64,000 nucleotides of DNA, from assembly GCA_902589795.1 (NCBI GenBank), contig CACIUJ010000001.1, positions 17,030 to 81,029 on the forward strand. Direction: 5' to 3'. Positions 17,799-28,033 of the stretch are shown here, piece after piece. The notes below the pieces were generated by a model. It was not told the origin of the DNA. It worked only from the letters and a program-made list of their open reading frames with translations, and did not search any database. Each line of letters starts with the position of its first letter. Position 1 is the first letter of the stretch. The translations under genes and the position numbers were made by a program. Origin of the DNA: an uncultured Pelagibacteraceae bacterium (lineage in GTDB: Bacteria > Pseudomonadota > Alphaproteobacteria > Pelagibacterales > Pelagibacteraceae).

Positions 17799-19952
17799 AT
17801 GGAATTATTAAAAAAATATCCAAAGTTATTTCAATGGTTATTTTTGTTAATCGTATTTTTTGCTTTATGCTTTTCAATTGATGTTCCCGAAACCTACAAA
17901 TTTATAAGAGGTCAAGCTGAATTCATTAAAGATCCCAATCAAAGCACTTACACACTATTTGGCACGGAAGTTAGGTATTACGCATTCGATGTTCTTTGGA
18001 GACTCCCTCCTTTGCTTGGATGGTTACCTATTTGGGTAAACGATACTTTATTTTTCTTATTGAATGAGTGGATGCCAATGGAGTTTTGGAACGAAGCTAC
18101 TCGAGAATATAAAACTAGACCCTTAGTTCTACAAATAACAAGAAACATAACTGCATTTATGACATTTCTCATTGAATTTATTAGAGAAATTTTATTAGGA
18201 GGCGTTGAGACTGTTGTCGCATTCACAAGTTGGGATTTCGTAAGTACATATCGATGGGCAAAATTACCAGGCTTGCCATGGACAATCGTTGCAGCAGGTG
18301 CAGCAATATTAAGTTACAAACTCAGCGGTAAGGGTCTAGCTATATTTGCTGGTTTAGTCATGATTTATATTTCTGTATTTGGTCAATGGAAACCTTCAAT
18401 GCAAACGCTCTCTTTTATATTAGTAGCAGCACCACTTTCTTTCGCTTTTGGTTTGAGTTTAGGCATTTGGGCTTACAAGAGTAAACGAGTTGAAAAAGCC
18501 TTATATCCAATACTTCTAACTATGCAGACGATGCCTCAATATGCTGTTCTAGTTCCTGCTATGGTTCTGTTTGGCATTGGAGATCATGCTGCAGTTATTA
18601 TAACAATGGTAGTTGCTATTCCGCCAATGATCTTATTAACTTTGCTTGGCCTTAGAGCAGTACCTCCAGAAGTTATTGAAGCTGGTAAAATGAGTGGGTG
18701 TAATAATTTTCAACTTATGACCAAGGTATTAGTTCCAACTGCAAGAAGAGACATTTTAATTGGAGTGAACCAAGTCATAATGGTGTGTTTTTCTATGGCG
18801 GTTATTGCAGCTTTTATAGGTGCTAAAGGATTAGGATGGAATTTATTGTTAGCCTTAAATCAACTAAATATTGGATTAGCATTAGAAGCAGGTCTGTGTA
18901 TTAGTTTGATTGCAATCTTGTTAGATAAAATGTCTTTAGCATGGGCAAATAAACAAGAAGATTATTTTGGTAACTTAACATTTTTTCAACGTTATAAAAA
19001 CTCATTGTTTTTTGCTGGCGCACTATTGATTGGAATTATACTTTCTTACGCTGGATCTTTTTACTTTAAAGAAGGTTATAATTATTTTTTTGAGGTCCCG
19101 CATAATAAAGGAATATCAACCGCAGATTTCTGGAATAAGGGTGTTGACTGGATTTTTGATACGTTCTTCGTATATATAAAAGCATTTAATACATGGTTAA
19201 TTGTAGAAGTGCTTCAGCCAATGAGAGCCTTGTATCTAAGAATGCCAGCAGTCGCTACTTTAGTGTTAGTTGTTGGGGCAGGTTATATAATTGGTGGAAT
19301 TCGTTCAGCTTTAGTAGTAGGTGGATTAGCGTTATTTATAGCCCTAAGTCCATGGTGGGATAGAGCTTTAGTCACAACATATATGGCAACTTTTGGAGTT
19401 ATTATATCTTGCACAATTGGATTAACTGTTGGAACTTTATGTCAACAAAATAAATATACCACAAAATTTATGTTGGCAGTTTGTGATATTTTTCAAACGT
19501 TTCCTTCGTTTGTATACTTAATTCCAGTAATGATGCTTTTTGGAGTTACAGATACATCAGTATTAATTGCAGTAATTGTTTACGCAACTATACCTGCAAC
19601 AAGGTACACTATTGAGGGATTAAGAAGTGTTCCAGCTGGGCTGCATGATGCTGCATCAATGTCTGGTGTAACGAAATTTCAAAGATTAATAAATATAGAA
19701 TTTCCAATAGCTTTTCCTCACATGATGCTTGGCGTAAATCAAACAATAGTATTTGCTCTGTTTATGGTAATCATCGGTGCATTTATTGGAACAGAAGATT
19801 TAGGACAATATATTCTAAAAGCTTTATCTGATAAAGCAGGTGGAGGTAAAGGATTAATACTTGGTATTTGTGTCGCTTTCATAGCTCTGATATTTGATAA
19901 TTTAATTAGAACTTGGGTACAAAAAAGAAAAAAACATCTTGGTATAGATTAA
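17799..19952 (+). CDS. tmoV: Fused double-domain ABC permease (two ProW/OpuAB-like transmembrane domains)
   Basis: 717 aa, polytopic. Two copies of the binding-protein-dependent permease core, each with an EAA-type loop: 'EVIEAGKMSGCNNFQLMTKVLVPTA' and 'GLHDAASMSGVTKFQRLINIEFPIA'. Starts 4 nt after the ATPase stop. Confidence 0.85.
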   Translation: MELLKKYPKLFQWLFLLIVFFALCFSIDVPETYKFIRGQAEFIKDPNQSTYTLFGTEVRYYAFDVLWRLPPLLGWLPIWVNDTLFFLLNEWMPMEFWNEATREYKTRPLVLQITRNITAFMTFLIEFIREILLGGVETVVAFTSWDFVSTYRWAKLPGLPWTIVAAGAAILSYKLSGKGLAIFAGLVMIYISVFGQWKPSMQTLSFILVAAPLSFAFGLSLGIWAYKSKRVEKALYPILLTMQTMPQYAVLVPAMVLFGIGDHAAVIITMVVAIPPMILLTLLGLRAVPPEVIEAGKMSGCNNFQLMTKVLVPTARRDILIGVNQVIMVCFSMAVIAAFIGAKGLGWNLLLALNQLNIGLALEAGLCISLIAILLDKMSLAWANKQEDYFGNLTFFQRYKNSLFFAGALLIGIILSYAGSFYFKEGYNYFFEVPHNKGISTADFWNKGVDWIFDTFFVYIKAFNTWLIVEVLQPMRALYLRMPAVATLVLVVGAGYIIGGIRSALVVGGLALFIALSPWWDRALVTTYMATFGVIISCTIGLTVGTLCQQNKYTTKFMLAVCDIFQTFPSFVYLIPVMMLFGVTDTSVLIAVIVYATIPATRYTIEGLRSVPAGLHDAASMSGVTKFQRLINIEFPIAFPHMMLGVNQTIVFALFMVIIGAFIGTEDLGQYILKALSDKAGGGKGLILGICVAFIALIFDNLIRTWVQKRKKHLGID

Positions 19953-19968
19953 AATTAAAAAAAAGTAT

Positions 19969-21309
19969 TTATTTTTTTGATTGATTTAAAAAAGTTTTTG
20001 AAGAATCGTCCATTGCGGAAGCCCATGGGGTATGATGAATTGGTGCAACAGATCCAGTTACGGGGGATGAAAAAGATTTATTTCTATAAGTCATAATATT
20101 TTCGACTTTATGATGTTCCCATTCTTTAAAATGCTTTCTGATTAATTCAAAATCAATTTTTGGATAATCAGACAATCCATGAAGTTCTTTAGTATATTCA
20201 GTTTGAAAGTCTATCATTTGCTCAGGATTTTCTAATTTTTCTTCCATAGCAACCCACTTATTTATATCTTTTTTAATTTCTGAACTACTTGGAATTTTAA
20301 TTTTACCCATTATTACATCTCTTGCGTACCAAGCCTGACAATCAAACATGTTAAAGGTATGAAATTGATCCTGCATTCCTAAGTACAACAATTTGTGATT
20401 ATTTTCCCAAACCACACCTTTATACAATTTTGGTGGATATAATCTGTTTCTAGTTTTTAGCTTAAGATCTTCAGTTAAAAAAGGAAAATGATGTAGATAG
20501 CCTGAACATAAAATTATTGCATCAGCTTTCTGTTCGTGACCATCTTTAAAGATTGCTTTATTTCCTTCTAGCCTGTCTAAATAATGGACTTCCTTCATTC
20601 CGCTAGGCCATTTAAAACCCATTGGGTTATTTCTATAACCTATGGTCACACTTTTCGCTCCATATTTATTACATTGAAGAGCGACATCTTCAGCAGAATA
20701 ACTACTTCCCAAAACAATAACATTTTTACCTCTAAATTCTTCTGCGTCTCTAAAATCATGCGAATGCAATATTCTTCCAGGAAAAGATTTCATTCCCTGA
20801 TATTCTGGAACAAACGGAACAGAGAAATGTCCTGTAGATACAACTACATAATCAAATGTATCTTTTAAAAATTTATCATTTTTTTTATCATGTGAAGATA
20901 ATTCAAAATTTTTTCCATTATAAGTTACACTCATAACAGTTGTATTAAATCTTACTTTGTTTTTTAGATTCCCTTTTTTTACCCTACCAATTATATAATC
21001 ATATAAAACTTCTCTCGGTGGAAATGATGGGATTGGCTTCCCGAAATGCTCATCAAAAGAATAATCTGCAAATTCTAAACATTCTTTGGGGCCATTTGAC
21101 CAAAGATATCTATACATGCTGTTAGGAATAGGGTCTCCATATTGATCAGACCCAGTTCTCCAATTGTAATTCCACAAGCCTCCCCAATTTTCTTGTTTTT
21201 CAAAACAAACTATTTGAGGTATTTTTTTTCCTTTTTTTTCAGCTTGTTCAAAAGATCTTAACATTGAAAGACCACATGGACCCGTTCCAATAATTGCTAC
21301 TTTTGTCAT
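19969..21309 (-). CDS. tmm: Trimethylamine monooxygenase (bacterial flavin-containing monooxygenase)
   Basis: 446 aa. FAD fold 'VAIIGTGPCGLS', FMO-identifying motif 'FPGRILHSHDF' (FxGxxxHxxxF/Y), NADPH site 'VLGSSYSAEDV'. Adjacent to the tmo transporter genes. Confidence 0.9.
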   Translation of the reverse strand: MTKVAIIGTGPCGLSMLRSFEQAEKKGKKIPQIVCFEKQENWGGLWNYNWRTGSDQYGDPIPNSMYRYLWSNGPKECLEFADYSFDEHFGKPIPSFPPREVLYDYIIGRVKKGNLKNKVRFNTTVMSVTYNGKNFELSSHDKKNDKFLKDTFDYVVVSTGHFSVPFVPEYQGMKSFPGRILHSHDFRDAEEFRGKNVIVLGSSYSAEDVALQCNKYGAKSVTIGYRNNPMGFKWPSGMKEVHYLDRLEGNKAIFKDGHEQKADAIILCSGYLHHFPFLTEDLKLKTRNRLYPPKLYKGVVWENNHKLLYLGMQDQFHTFNMFDCQAWYARDVIMGKIKIPSSSEIKKDINKWVAMEEKLENPEQMIDFQTEYTKELHGLSDYPKIDFELIRKHFKEWEHHKVENIMTYRNKSFSSPVTGSVAPIHHTPWASAMDDSSKTFLNQSKK

Positions 21310-21375
21310 TAAATTTTCTTCACCTATAAATATATTTTACTAACAAAATAGTAAAAATTGAAGTAGTATTTTTTA

Positions 21376-22575
21376 ATGTCCAATTTTGACTGGGGTTATC
21401 CCAATACAGTTTGGTTTGGTGATGGAAGAATTAAAGATTTACCAAAAGCCTGCAAAGTATTGGATATAAAAAATCCCCTATTTGTTACCGATAAAGATCT
21501 AGTAAAGACTAAAATGGTAGAAGAAACTCTTGAAATAAATAAAAGAGCTAAATTACCTACTGCTATTTTTTCGGACTTAAAAGGAAATCCTTTAGGAAGC
21601 CAAGTAAAAAAAGGAGTAGAAGTATTTAAAAATGGTAATCATGATGGGGTAGTAGCTTTTGGAGGTGGCAGCAGTTTAGATGTTGGTAAATCAATAGTAT
21701 TACAAGCAGCACTCAGTAGACCGCTTTGGGATTTTACTGACGAGGGATCTTTTTGGAATGAAAACAATTATTCCGAGTCCATGGCTAAAAATAAAATTAG
21801 CAATCCTGATAATTTAAAACCTTTTATAGCAGTTCCTACTACAGCTGGCACTGGTTCAGAAACATCAAGGGCGGCAGCAATAATTAATGATGAAACAAAA
21901 GTTAAAAAAATTGTTTTTCATCCCAGAATGTTACCTACATTAACTATTCTTGATCCTAAACTTACTCTAGGCATGCCTGCATTTTTAACTGCAGCAACTG
22001 GAATGGATGCGTTTGCTCATAATTTAGAAGCGTATTGTGCGCCCGGTTATCATCCAATGGCAGATGGTATAGCATTAGAAGGCATGTCATTAATTAAAAA
22101 ATGGTTAGCAGTTGCTGTTAATGAGGGAGAAAATTTAAAGGCGAGAGGACATATGATAACCTCATCTAGCATGGGTGCTACAGCTTTTCAAAAAGGATTA
22201 GGGGGAATACATTCATTAAGTCATCCAGTTAATTCTCTATTCAATGTACACCATGGTCTTTCCAATGGAATTTTTATGCCATACGTGCTTACTTTTAATA
22301 GATCAACCATAGAAAATAAAATTGCAAAACTTAGCGAGTACCTCGGTCTAAAAGAGGCTTCATTTAATTCATTTGTTGATTGGGTGGTAGAATTAAAAGA
22401 GCAAATTAAAATTCCACACACAATCTCAGAATCTGCAAAAATAAATGACGAAGATATTGAAAAAATGTCTCCCATGGCCTTAAACGATCCATGTACATCT
22501 GGTAATCCAAAAAAACTTATTTTGGATGATATGGTCTCGATGTACGAACATAGTGTCCAAGGGAAATTATTTTAA
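21376..22575 (+). CDS. Iron-containing (group III) alcohol dehydrogenase
   Basis: 399 aa. 'GGGSSLDVGKS', 'PTTAGTGSE' and metal-His motifs 'DAFAHNLEAY', 'HSLSHP', 'HHGLSNG'. Substrate unknown. Confidence 0.85.
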   Translation: MSNFDWGYPNTVWFGDGRIKDLPKACKVLDIKNPLFVTDKDLVKTKMVEETLEINKRAKLPTAIFSDLKGNPLGSQVKKGVEVFKNGNHDGVVAFGGGSSLDVGKSIVLQAALSRPLWDFTDEGSFWNENNYSESMAKNKISNPDNLKPFIAVPTTAGTGSETSRAAAIINDETKVKKIVFHPRMLPTLTILDPKLTLGMPAFLTAATGMDAFAHNLEAYCAPGYHPMADGIALEGMSLIKKWLAVAVNEGENLKARGHMITSSSMGATAFQKGLGGIHSLSHPVNSLFNVHHGLSNGIFMPYVLTFNRSTIENKIAKLSEYLGLKEASFNSFVDWVVELKEQIKIPHTISESAKINDEDIEKMSPMALNDPCTSGNPKKLILDDMVSMYEHSVQGKLF

Positions 22576-23270
22576 ATTATTTTTTTAAAATTTTTATAAA
22601 TTATTTTAGCACTATTATTAAATAAATTTAAATTTTGTTCTACATCTCTTTTAAATTTTTCAAGAGCATTTTCTCCTAAAGTATTTTCTAAAGCTGATTT
22701 ATATTCAGGTACACATGCCCACTCAGGAACAGTTTTATTAGTTTGTTCAACATGAAACTGCAAACCAAACGACCTACCGAAAGAAAAAGCCTGAACTTTG
22801 CATTCAGAAGAACTTGCTAATAAATTTGTATTTGCTGGTAAATCATACGCTTCATAAGAATGCCATTGCAAAACCTTTAAATTTTTATCCAGTCCTTTAA
22901 ATAAAGATTTATCATTCGTCACAGAAACTTTTAAAACACCAATTTCTGGCGTTTTCATTTTTCTTACTTTGCCACCTATGGCTTCACTAAGAAGTTGTGC
23001 TCCCAGACATAAACCTAAATAAGGTTTCTTATTTACATAAACAAACTTATGGATTGCCTCTTTTTCAGGTTTTAACCAAGGATAAATTTCTTCTTGCCAG
23101 GTATCCATTGGACCTCCCATTACAATCATCGCGTCATAAGGGTCTAGATTTGGTATTTTTTCATTTTCATCCAATTCTACCGTGTCTATTTTAATATTGT
23201 CTTCCTTCATAAATTTGAGGAAAATACCCGGATGCTCAATATTAATATGCTGTAAAACCAAAAATTTCAT
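22572..23270 (-). CDS. Stand-alone class I glutamine amidotransferase / C26-like gamma-glutamyl hydrolase candidate
   Basis: 232 aa. Nucleophile elbow 'GLCLGAQLL' and His-Glu 'GLQFHVE', so the Cys-His-Glu triad is intact. No synthase domain is attached. Confidence 0.8.
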   Translation of the reverse strand: MKFLVLQHINIEHPGIFLKFMKEDNIKIDTVELDENEKIPNLDPYDAMIVMGGPMDTWQEEIYPWLKPEKEAIHKFVYVNKKPYLGLCLGAQLLSEAIGGKVRKMKTPEIGVLKVSVTNDKSLFKGLDKNLKVLQWHSYEAYDLPANTNLLASSSECKVQAFSFGRSFGLQFHVEQTNKTVPEWACVPEYKSALENTLGENALEKFKRDVEQNLNLFNNSAKIIYKNFKKII

Positions 23271-24068
23271 ATGAATAAATTAAATCTATTAATTGTTGAA
23301 GGCAACACAAAAGAAGAAAATATAAACTTTAATAATGCTGGTTGCGTACCTCAATCACAAAATTTTAAAAAACATATCCAAAAAATAGAACCAAATTCCG
23401 AAATAGATATTGTGGAGCCAATGGATGGCAATTCTATTTCAAAAGTTATTTCTTCCTTAAAAAAATATGATGGTGTTATTTTAACAGGAAGCACATTACG
23501 ACTAAACGAAGATATTAAAGAAGTAAAAAAACATATAGAATTTGCTAAAACATGTTTTAAGCATGAAAAAAAAATATTTGGAGCTTGTTGGGGTTTACAA
23601 GTAACTGTCATGGCAGCTGGTGGAAAATGCAGAGTTTCACCTAAAGGACCTCATATCGGAATTGCTTATGATATTAAATTAAATAAAGAAGGAAAAAAGC
23701 ATAATTTATTTCTTAATAAACCAGAAAAATTTACTACACCGGCTTTTAATTATGATGAAGTTGAGATTCCTCCAAAAAATTCAACTTTACTTGCAAGTGA
23801 TAAAATAAATAAATTTCAAGCACTCCATTTTTATGTAGGAAAATCAGAAATATGGGGTTTGCAATATCATCCAGAAATACCATATGATTATATGATTAAA
23901 TTAATTAAACATAGATCAAAAAGAATGTTAGAAAAAAATATTTTTGAAAATCAAAAAGAAATTGATAAACATATTAATTTTATAGAAAAGGCCAAAAACC
24001 AATTAAGTGATAATATTAGAACACTTGAGCTAAAAAATTGGCTTGAATACCTTAAAAATAAAAATTAA
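23271..24068 (+). CDS. Stand-alone class I glutamine amidotransferase-like protein (divergent paralog)
   Basis: 265 aa. 'IFGACWGLQV' (Cys nucleophile) and 'GLQYHPE' (His-Glu). Its start codon directly abuts the start codon of the divergent paralog. Confidence 0.75.
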   Translation: MNKLNLLIVEGNTKEENINFNNAGCVPQSQNFKKHIQKIEPNSEIDIVEPMDGNSISKVISSLKKYDGVILTGSTLRLNEDIKEVKKHIEFAKTCFKHEKKIFGACWGLQVTVMAAGGKCRVSPKGPHIGIAYDIKLNKEGKKHNLFLNKPEKFTTPAFNYDEVEIPPKNSTLLASDKINKFQALHFYVGKSEIWGLQYHPEIPYDYMIKLIKHRSKRMLEKNIFENQKEIDKHINFIEKAKNQLSDNIRTLELKNWLEYLKNKN

Positions 24069-24076
24069 AATTTTTA

Positions 24077-24715
24077 ATGACTTTAAAAAGAACTTCTAGA
24101 GTTTACCAAAAAGAATGGCTTAAAAAAAATAGAAACTTAAAAATACTAGATTTAGGTTGCTCTTCAAAAAACTATTGGCCTGAAGCAAATCATTATGCAG
24201 ATCTGGATGATTTTTCTGAAGAGTTTAATAAACTTAATTTAAAATATACGCAAATTAAAAAAGATCATAAACTTCCATTCAAGGATAAAGAGTTTGATTA
24301 TGTTATTTTATCCCATGTTTTAGAGCATGTGCCAAATTTAATAGAATTTATTTCTGAAGTAGAAAGAATTTCTAAAGCTGGGTATATAGAACTACCCACT
24401 AAATTAAATGATAATTTAGTTTTTGGCTGTGACGAAGATGATATAGGGCACAAATGGTGGTTTGAATATGATGATATTAAAAATACTTTTATATATTCAA
24501 AAAAAATTGATGCTTTGGAAAAATTTGTAACTGTAGGTCAAATATGGAAATTTGAAAAATTTTTTGCAGATAGTCTTTTTATACAAACATACTGGGAAGA
24601 TAAAATAAATATATCTAAAGGAGAAATTATTAAATTTGAAAAAAAAATTTACTTTTTAACTTTAATAAGAAAATATTTTAGTAAAAAATTAAGAGTTTTG
24701 TTTTCAAAAAAATGA
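24077..24715 (+). CDS. Class I SAM-dependent methyltransferase
   Basis: 212 aa. Motif I 'ILDLGCSS', a post-I acidic residue, and 'DYVILSHVLEHV' (Methyltransf_11-like). Confidence 0.65.
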   Translation: MTLKRTSRVYQKEWLKKNRNLKILDLGCSSKNYWPEANHYADLDDFSEEFNKLNLKYTQIKKDHKLPFKDKEFDYVILSHVLEHVPNLIEFISEVERISKAGYIELPTKLNDNLVFGCDEDDIGHKWWFEYDDIKNTFIYSKKIDALEKFVTVGQIWKFEKFFADSLFIQTYWEDKINISKGEIIKFEKKIYFLTLIRKYFSKKLRVLFSKK

Positions 24716-24716
24716 T

Positions 24717-26408
24717 TTAAAAAAGACCTTCAATCTCACCTTTTTTATTTAATTTAATTGAGTCAGCAGCAGGAATTTTTGGCAGTCCAGGCATAGTCAT
24801 AATTGCTCCACAAATTACTACAACAAATCCAGCTCCACTTGATAATCTAATTTCTCTAATTGGCAACGTATGACCTGTTGGTGCTCCCTTTAATTTTGGA
24901 TCAGTAGAAAAACTATATTGTGTTTTTGCAATACATACTGGAAACTTACCAAATCCTGATTTTTCAATTGTTCTTACTTGTTCTTTAACTTTATCATCAA
25001 ACTCTATGCCACTAGCCCCATAAATTTCTTTTGCAATAGTTTCAACTTTTTTTAAAATTGGAGTTTCTTCTGTATACAAATATTTAAAATTTTTTTCGTT
25101 ATTTTTTTTACATGTCTCTACTACATTTTTTGCTAAATCTTCCGTTCCCTTTCCACCGTCAGACCAATGTGTACAAAGACTTACTTTTACACCAAGTTTT
25201 GTGCAGTGATCCTTTATAAGCTTAACTTCTTCGCTAGTGTCCGTAATGAAATGATTAATTGCTACAACTAACTCCAAACCAAATTTTTTCATATTGTTGA
25301 TATGCTTTTCTAAGTTTGGAAGACCTTTTTTAAGAGCATCTAAATTTTCTTTCTTTAAATCTTCTTTTTCAACGCCCCCGTGCATTTTTAAAGCTCTTAT
25401 AGTTGCTACTATCACAACACAGTTTGGTTGAAGTTCTGCTTTTCTACATTTTATATCTAAAAACTTTTCTGCACCGAGGTCTGCTCCAAAGCCAGCTTCG
25501 GTTACAACGTACTCAGATAATTTCAATGCTGTTTTAGTTGCTATTATTGAATTACAACCATGGGCAATATTTGCAAAAGGACCTCCATGAATTATAGCAG
25601 GATTGTTTTCTAATGTTTGAGTTACATTTGGTCTTATTGCCTCTTTCAATAATACTGCCATAGGTCCTTGAGCTTTTAAATCTTTTGCAAAAACAGGTTT
25701 TTTATCTTTTGTATAAGCTATCGTAATATTACCTATTTTGTTTTCTAAATCTTCGAGATTGTTTGACAAACAAAAAATAGCCATTACCTCTGATGCTACC
25801 GTAATATCGAAACCGTCTTCTCTTGGTATATTGTTTTTTAATTTACCAAGATTAATTTTAATAGATCGTAAAGCTCGATCGTTTAAATCCACAACACGTT
25901 TCCATACGATATTATCAGGATCTATATTTAATTTATTTCCCCAGTAGATGTGATTATCAATCAAAGCAGATAGTAAATTGTGAGCCGAAGTTATTGCATG
26001 AAAGTCACCAGTAAAATGTAGGTTAATTTGCTCCATAGGAACAACTTGAGCATAACCTCCACCAGCGGCGCCTCCTTTCATACCAAATGACGGACCTAGA
26101 CTTGGTTCTCTTAAACAGACTATTGATTTTTTGCCAATTTTATTTAGACCATCACTAAGACCAACAGAAGTAGTTGTTTTTCCTTCCCCAGCAGGTGTAG
26201 GAGTTATTGCTGTGACCAAAATCAAATTGCTTTTTTTTTCTTTTAATTTATCAATATATTTAAAATTTAATTTTGCTATGTGTCGACCCATTGGACTAAA
26301 TGAATCTGCGTTATCAGGGACGTTAATTTTCCCTAAAATTTTGCTGATAGGCTCCATTTTGGATGCTCTTGCAATTTCTATGTCAGATTTTACCCCACTC
26401 ATCGGCAC
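24717..26408 (-). CDS. fhs: Formate-tetrahydrofolate ligase
   Basis: 563 aa with a characteristic N-terminus 'DIEIA', P-loop '[16 protein letters not shown]' and '[13 protein letters not shown]'. Full-length family match by eye. Confidence 0.95.
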   Translation of the reverse strand: MPMSGVKSDIEIARASKMEPISKILGKINVPDNADSFSPMGRHIAKLNFKYIDKLKEKKSNLILVTAITPTPAGEGKTTTSVGLSDGLNKIGKKSIVCLREPSLGPSFGMKGGAAGGGYAQVVPMEQINLHFTGDFHAITSAHNLLSALIDNHIYWGNKLNIDPDNIVWKRVVDLNDRALRSIKINLGKLKNNIPREDGFDITVASEVMAIFCLSNNLEDLENKIGNITIAYTKDKKPVFAKDLKAQGPMAVLLKEAIRPNVTQTLENNPAIIHGGPFANIAHGCNSIIATKTALKLSEYVVTEAGFGADLGAEKFLDIKCRKAELQPNCVVIVATIRALKMHGGVEKEDLKKENLDALKKGLPNLEKHINNMKKFGLELVVAINHFITDTSEEVKLIKDHCTKLGVKVSLCTHWSDGGKGTEDLAKNVVETCKKNNEKNFKYLYTEETPILKKVETIAKEIYGASGIEFDDKVKEQVRTIEKSGFGKFPVCIAKTQYSFSTDPKLKGAPTGHTLPIREIRLSSGAGFVVVICGAIMTMPGLPKIPAADSIKLNKKGEIEGLF

Positions 26409-26499
26409 TCCTATATATAAAAAAGAGCACTATGTATACATTATTTAAAGTATCTTTTACAAATAGAAAAATTTCGTTTCGTCATATAAGCTTAAGTCT

Positions 26500-27756
26500 A
26501 TGCAAAAGTATTCCATATTCAGTTTAATAAAAAATGCCCTTAGCAATCACCAAAATTGGGAGGTGGCCTGGAAAGATCCAGAACCAAAGAAAGAATACGA
26601 TGTAGTGATTATCGGTGGCGGGGGTCATGGTCTAGCTACCGCATACTACCTAGCGAAGGAACATAAAATTACTAACGTTGCCATTCTAGAAAAAGGATGG
26701 ATAGGAGGTGGCAATGTAGGAAGAAATACAACAATACTAAGATCAAATTATATGTGGGACGCAAATGGTCTTTTCTACGAACATGGAATGAAACTTTGGG
26801 AAAATTTATCTCAAGAATTAAATTATAATGTTATGTATTCACCAAGAGGAATTATTAATCTTGCACATTCTGATGCACAATTAAACGCTTATTCTCGTAG
26901 AGGTAACTCGATGAGATTAAATGGAATTGATGCAGCGATGTTAGGAAGAGAAGAGTTAAAAAAAATGATTCCTTTTGCAGATTTTTCTAAATCAGCAAGG
27001 TTTCCAATTTTTGGTGGTTTAATGCAGCCCAGAGGAGGAACAGCAAGACATGACGCTGTTGCGTGGGGATACGCAAGACAAGCAGATTCAATGGGAGTGG
27101 ATATAATACAACATTGTGAAGTTACTGGATTTGAAGTTCAAGATGGAAAAATAATGGGGGTGCAAACTTCAAGAGGTAATATTAAAGCAAAGAAAGTTGG
27201 ATTATGTGTTGCGGGAAGCACATCCTTATTAGCTGAAAAATTAAATATGAAATTACCTATAGAGTCACATGTGTTGCAAGCTTGTGTTTCAGAACCAGTA
27301 AAACCATTTCTTGATCATGTTGTTACATTTGGTGCTGGGCATTTTTATTGTAGCCAATCGGACAAAGGTGAAATGGTTATGGGTGGGGATTTAGATGGTT
27401 ATAATAGTTATGCTCAAAGAGGAAATCTTCCAACACTTCAGCATGTTTTATCTGAGGGAGTGGCCATGTTTCCAAATCTTAGCAGATTAAAAATGTTAAG
27501 AACTTGGGGCGGGATTATGGACATGTCTATGGATGGATCGCCAATAATAGACAAAACTCATATTGCAGGAGTTTATTTAAATTGTGGTTGGTGTTATGGA
27601 GGTTTTAAGGCAACCCCAGTATCAGGATGGACTTTTGCGTATACAATTGCTCAAGACCGTCCTCATGAATTAAATTCAAAATTTAAATTAAACAGATTTA
27701 ACAAAGGTCGTCTGATAGATGAAAAGGGAGTAGGTACAAAAACTTGGATAGGATGA
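26500..27756 (+). CDS. soxB: Heterotetrameric sarcosine oxidase beta subunit (or N-methylglutamate dehydrogenase MgdA homolog)
   Basis: 418 aa. 'DVVIIGGGGHGLATAYYLAKEH', 'TTILRSNY', 'GWCYGGFK'. First gene of a B-D-A-G gene order. Confidence 0.85.
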   Translation: MQKYSIFSLIKNALSNHQNWEVAWKDPEPKKEYDVVIIGGGGHGLATAYYLAKEHKITNVAILEKGWIGGGNVGRNTTILRSNYMWDANGLFYEHGMKLWENLSQELNYNVMYSPRGIINLAHSDAQLNAYSRRGNSMRLNGIDAAMLGREELKKMIPFADFSKSARFPIFGGLMQPRGGTARHDAVAWGYARQADSMGVDIIQHCEVTGFEVQDGKIMGVQTSRGNIKAKKVGLCVAGSTSLLAEKLNMKLPIESHVLQACVSEPVKPFLDHVVTFGAGHFYCSQSDKGEMVMGGDLDGYNSYAQRGNLPTLQHVLSEGVAMFPNLSRLKMLRTWGGIMDMSMDGSPIIDKTHIAGVYLNCGWCYGGFKATPVSGWTFAYTIAQDRPHELNSKFKLNRFNKGRLIDEKGVGTKTWIG

Positions 27757-27759
27757 TAG

Positions 27760-28026
27760 ATGTTAGAAATTAAATGCCCATATTGCGGAAAAAGATCTCA
27801 AAATGAATTTTCTTATGGTGGAGATGCAAATATAAAAAGACCAGAGCTTGGAAAGGAAGTTTCTGATAGGGAATGGGATGATTTTGTCTACTTTAGAAAA
27901 AATCCAAGAGGAATGCATTTAGAGTTGTGGCACCACGTAGCTGGCTGTAGACAGTGGTTTAAAGTATCACGAGATACATCAACACATGAAATTTTTAAAA
28001 CATCAAAAATAAACGAGGAATTATAA
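27760..28026 (+). CDS. soxD: Sarcosine oxidase delta subunit family protein
   Basis: 88 aa. Zn-ribbon-like 'CPYCGKRSQNEF' and 'WHHVAGCRQWF'. Position between the beta and alpha subunit genes. Confidence 0.85.
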   Translation: MLEIKCPYCGKRSQNEFSYGGDANIKRPELGKEVSDREWDDFVYFRKNPRGMHLELWHHVAGCRQWFKVSRDTSTHEIFKTSKINEEL

Positions 28027-28033
28027 TTTTTAT

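Noticed and set aside
23268-23273. The CATATG (NdeI) junction as a sign of cloning or an assembly artefact.
   Set aside because: The flanking sequence is native-looking coding DNA on both sides with matching composition. CATATG arises automatically from two abutting ATG codons on opposite strands.
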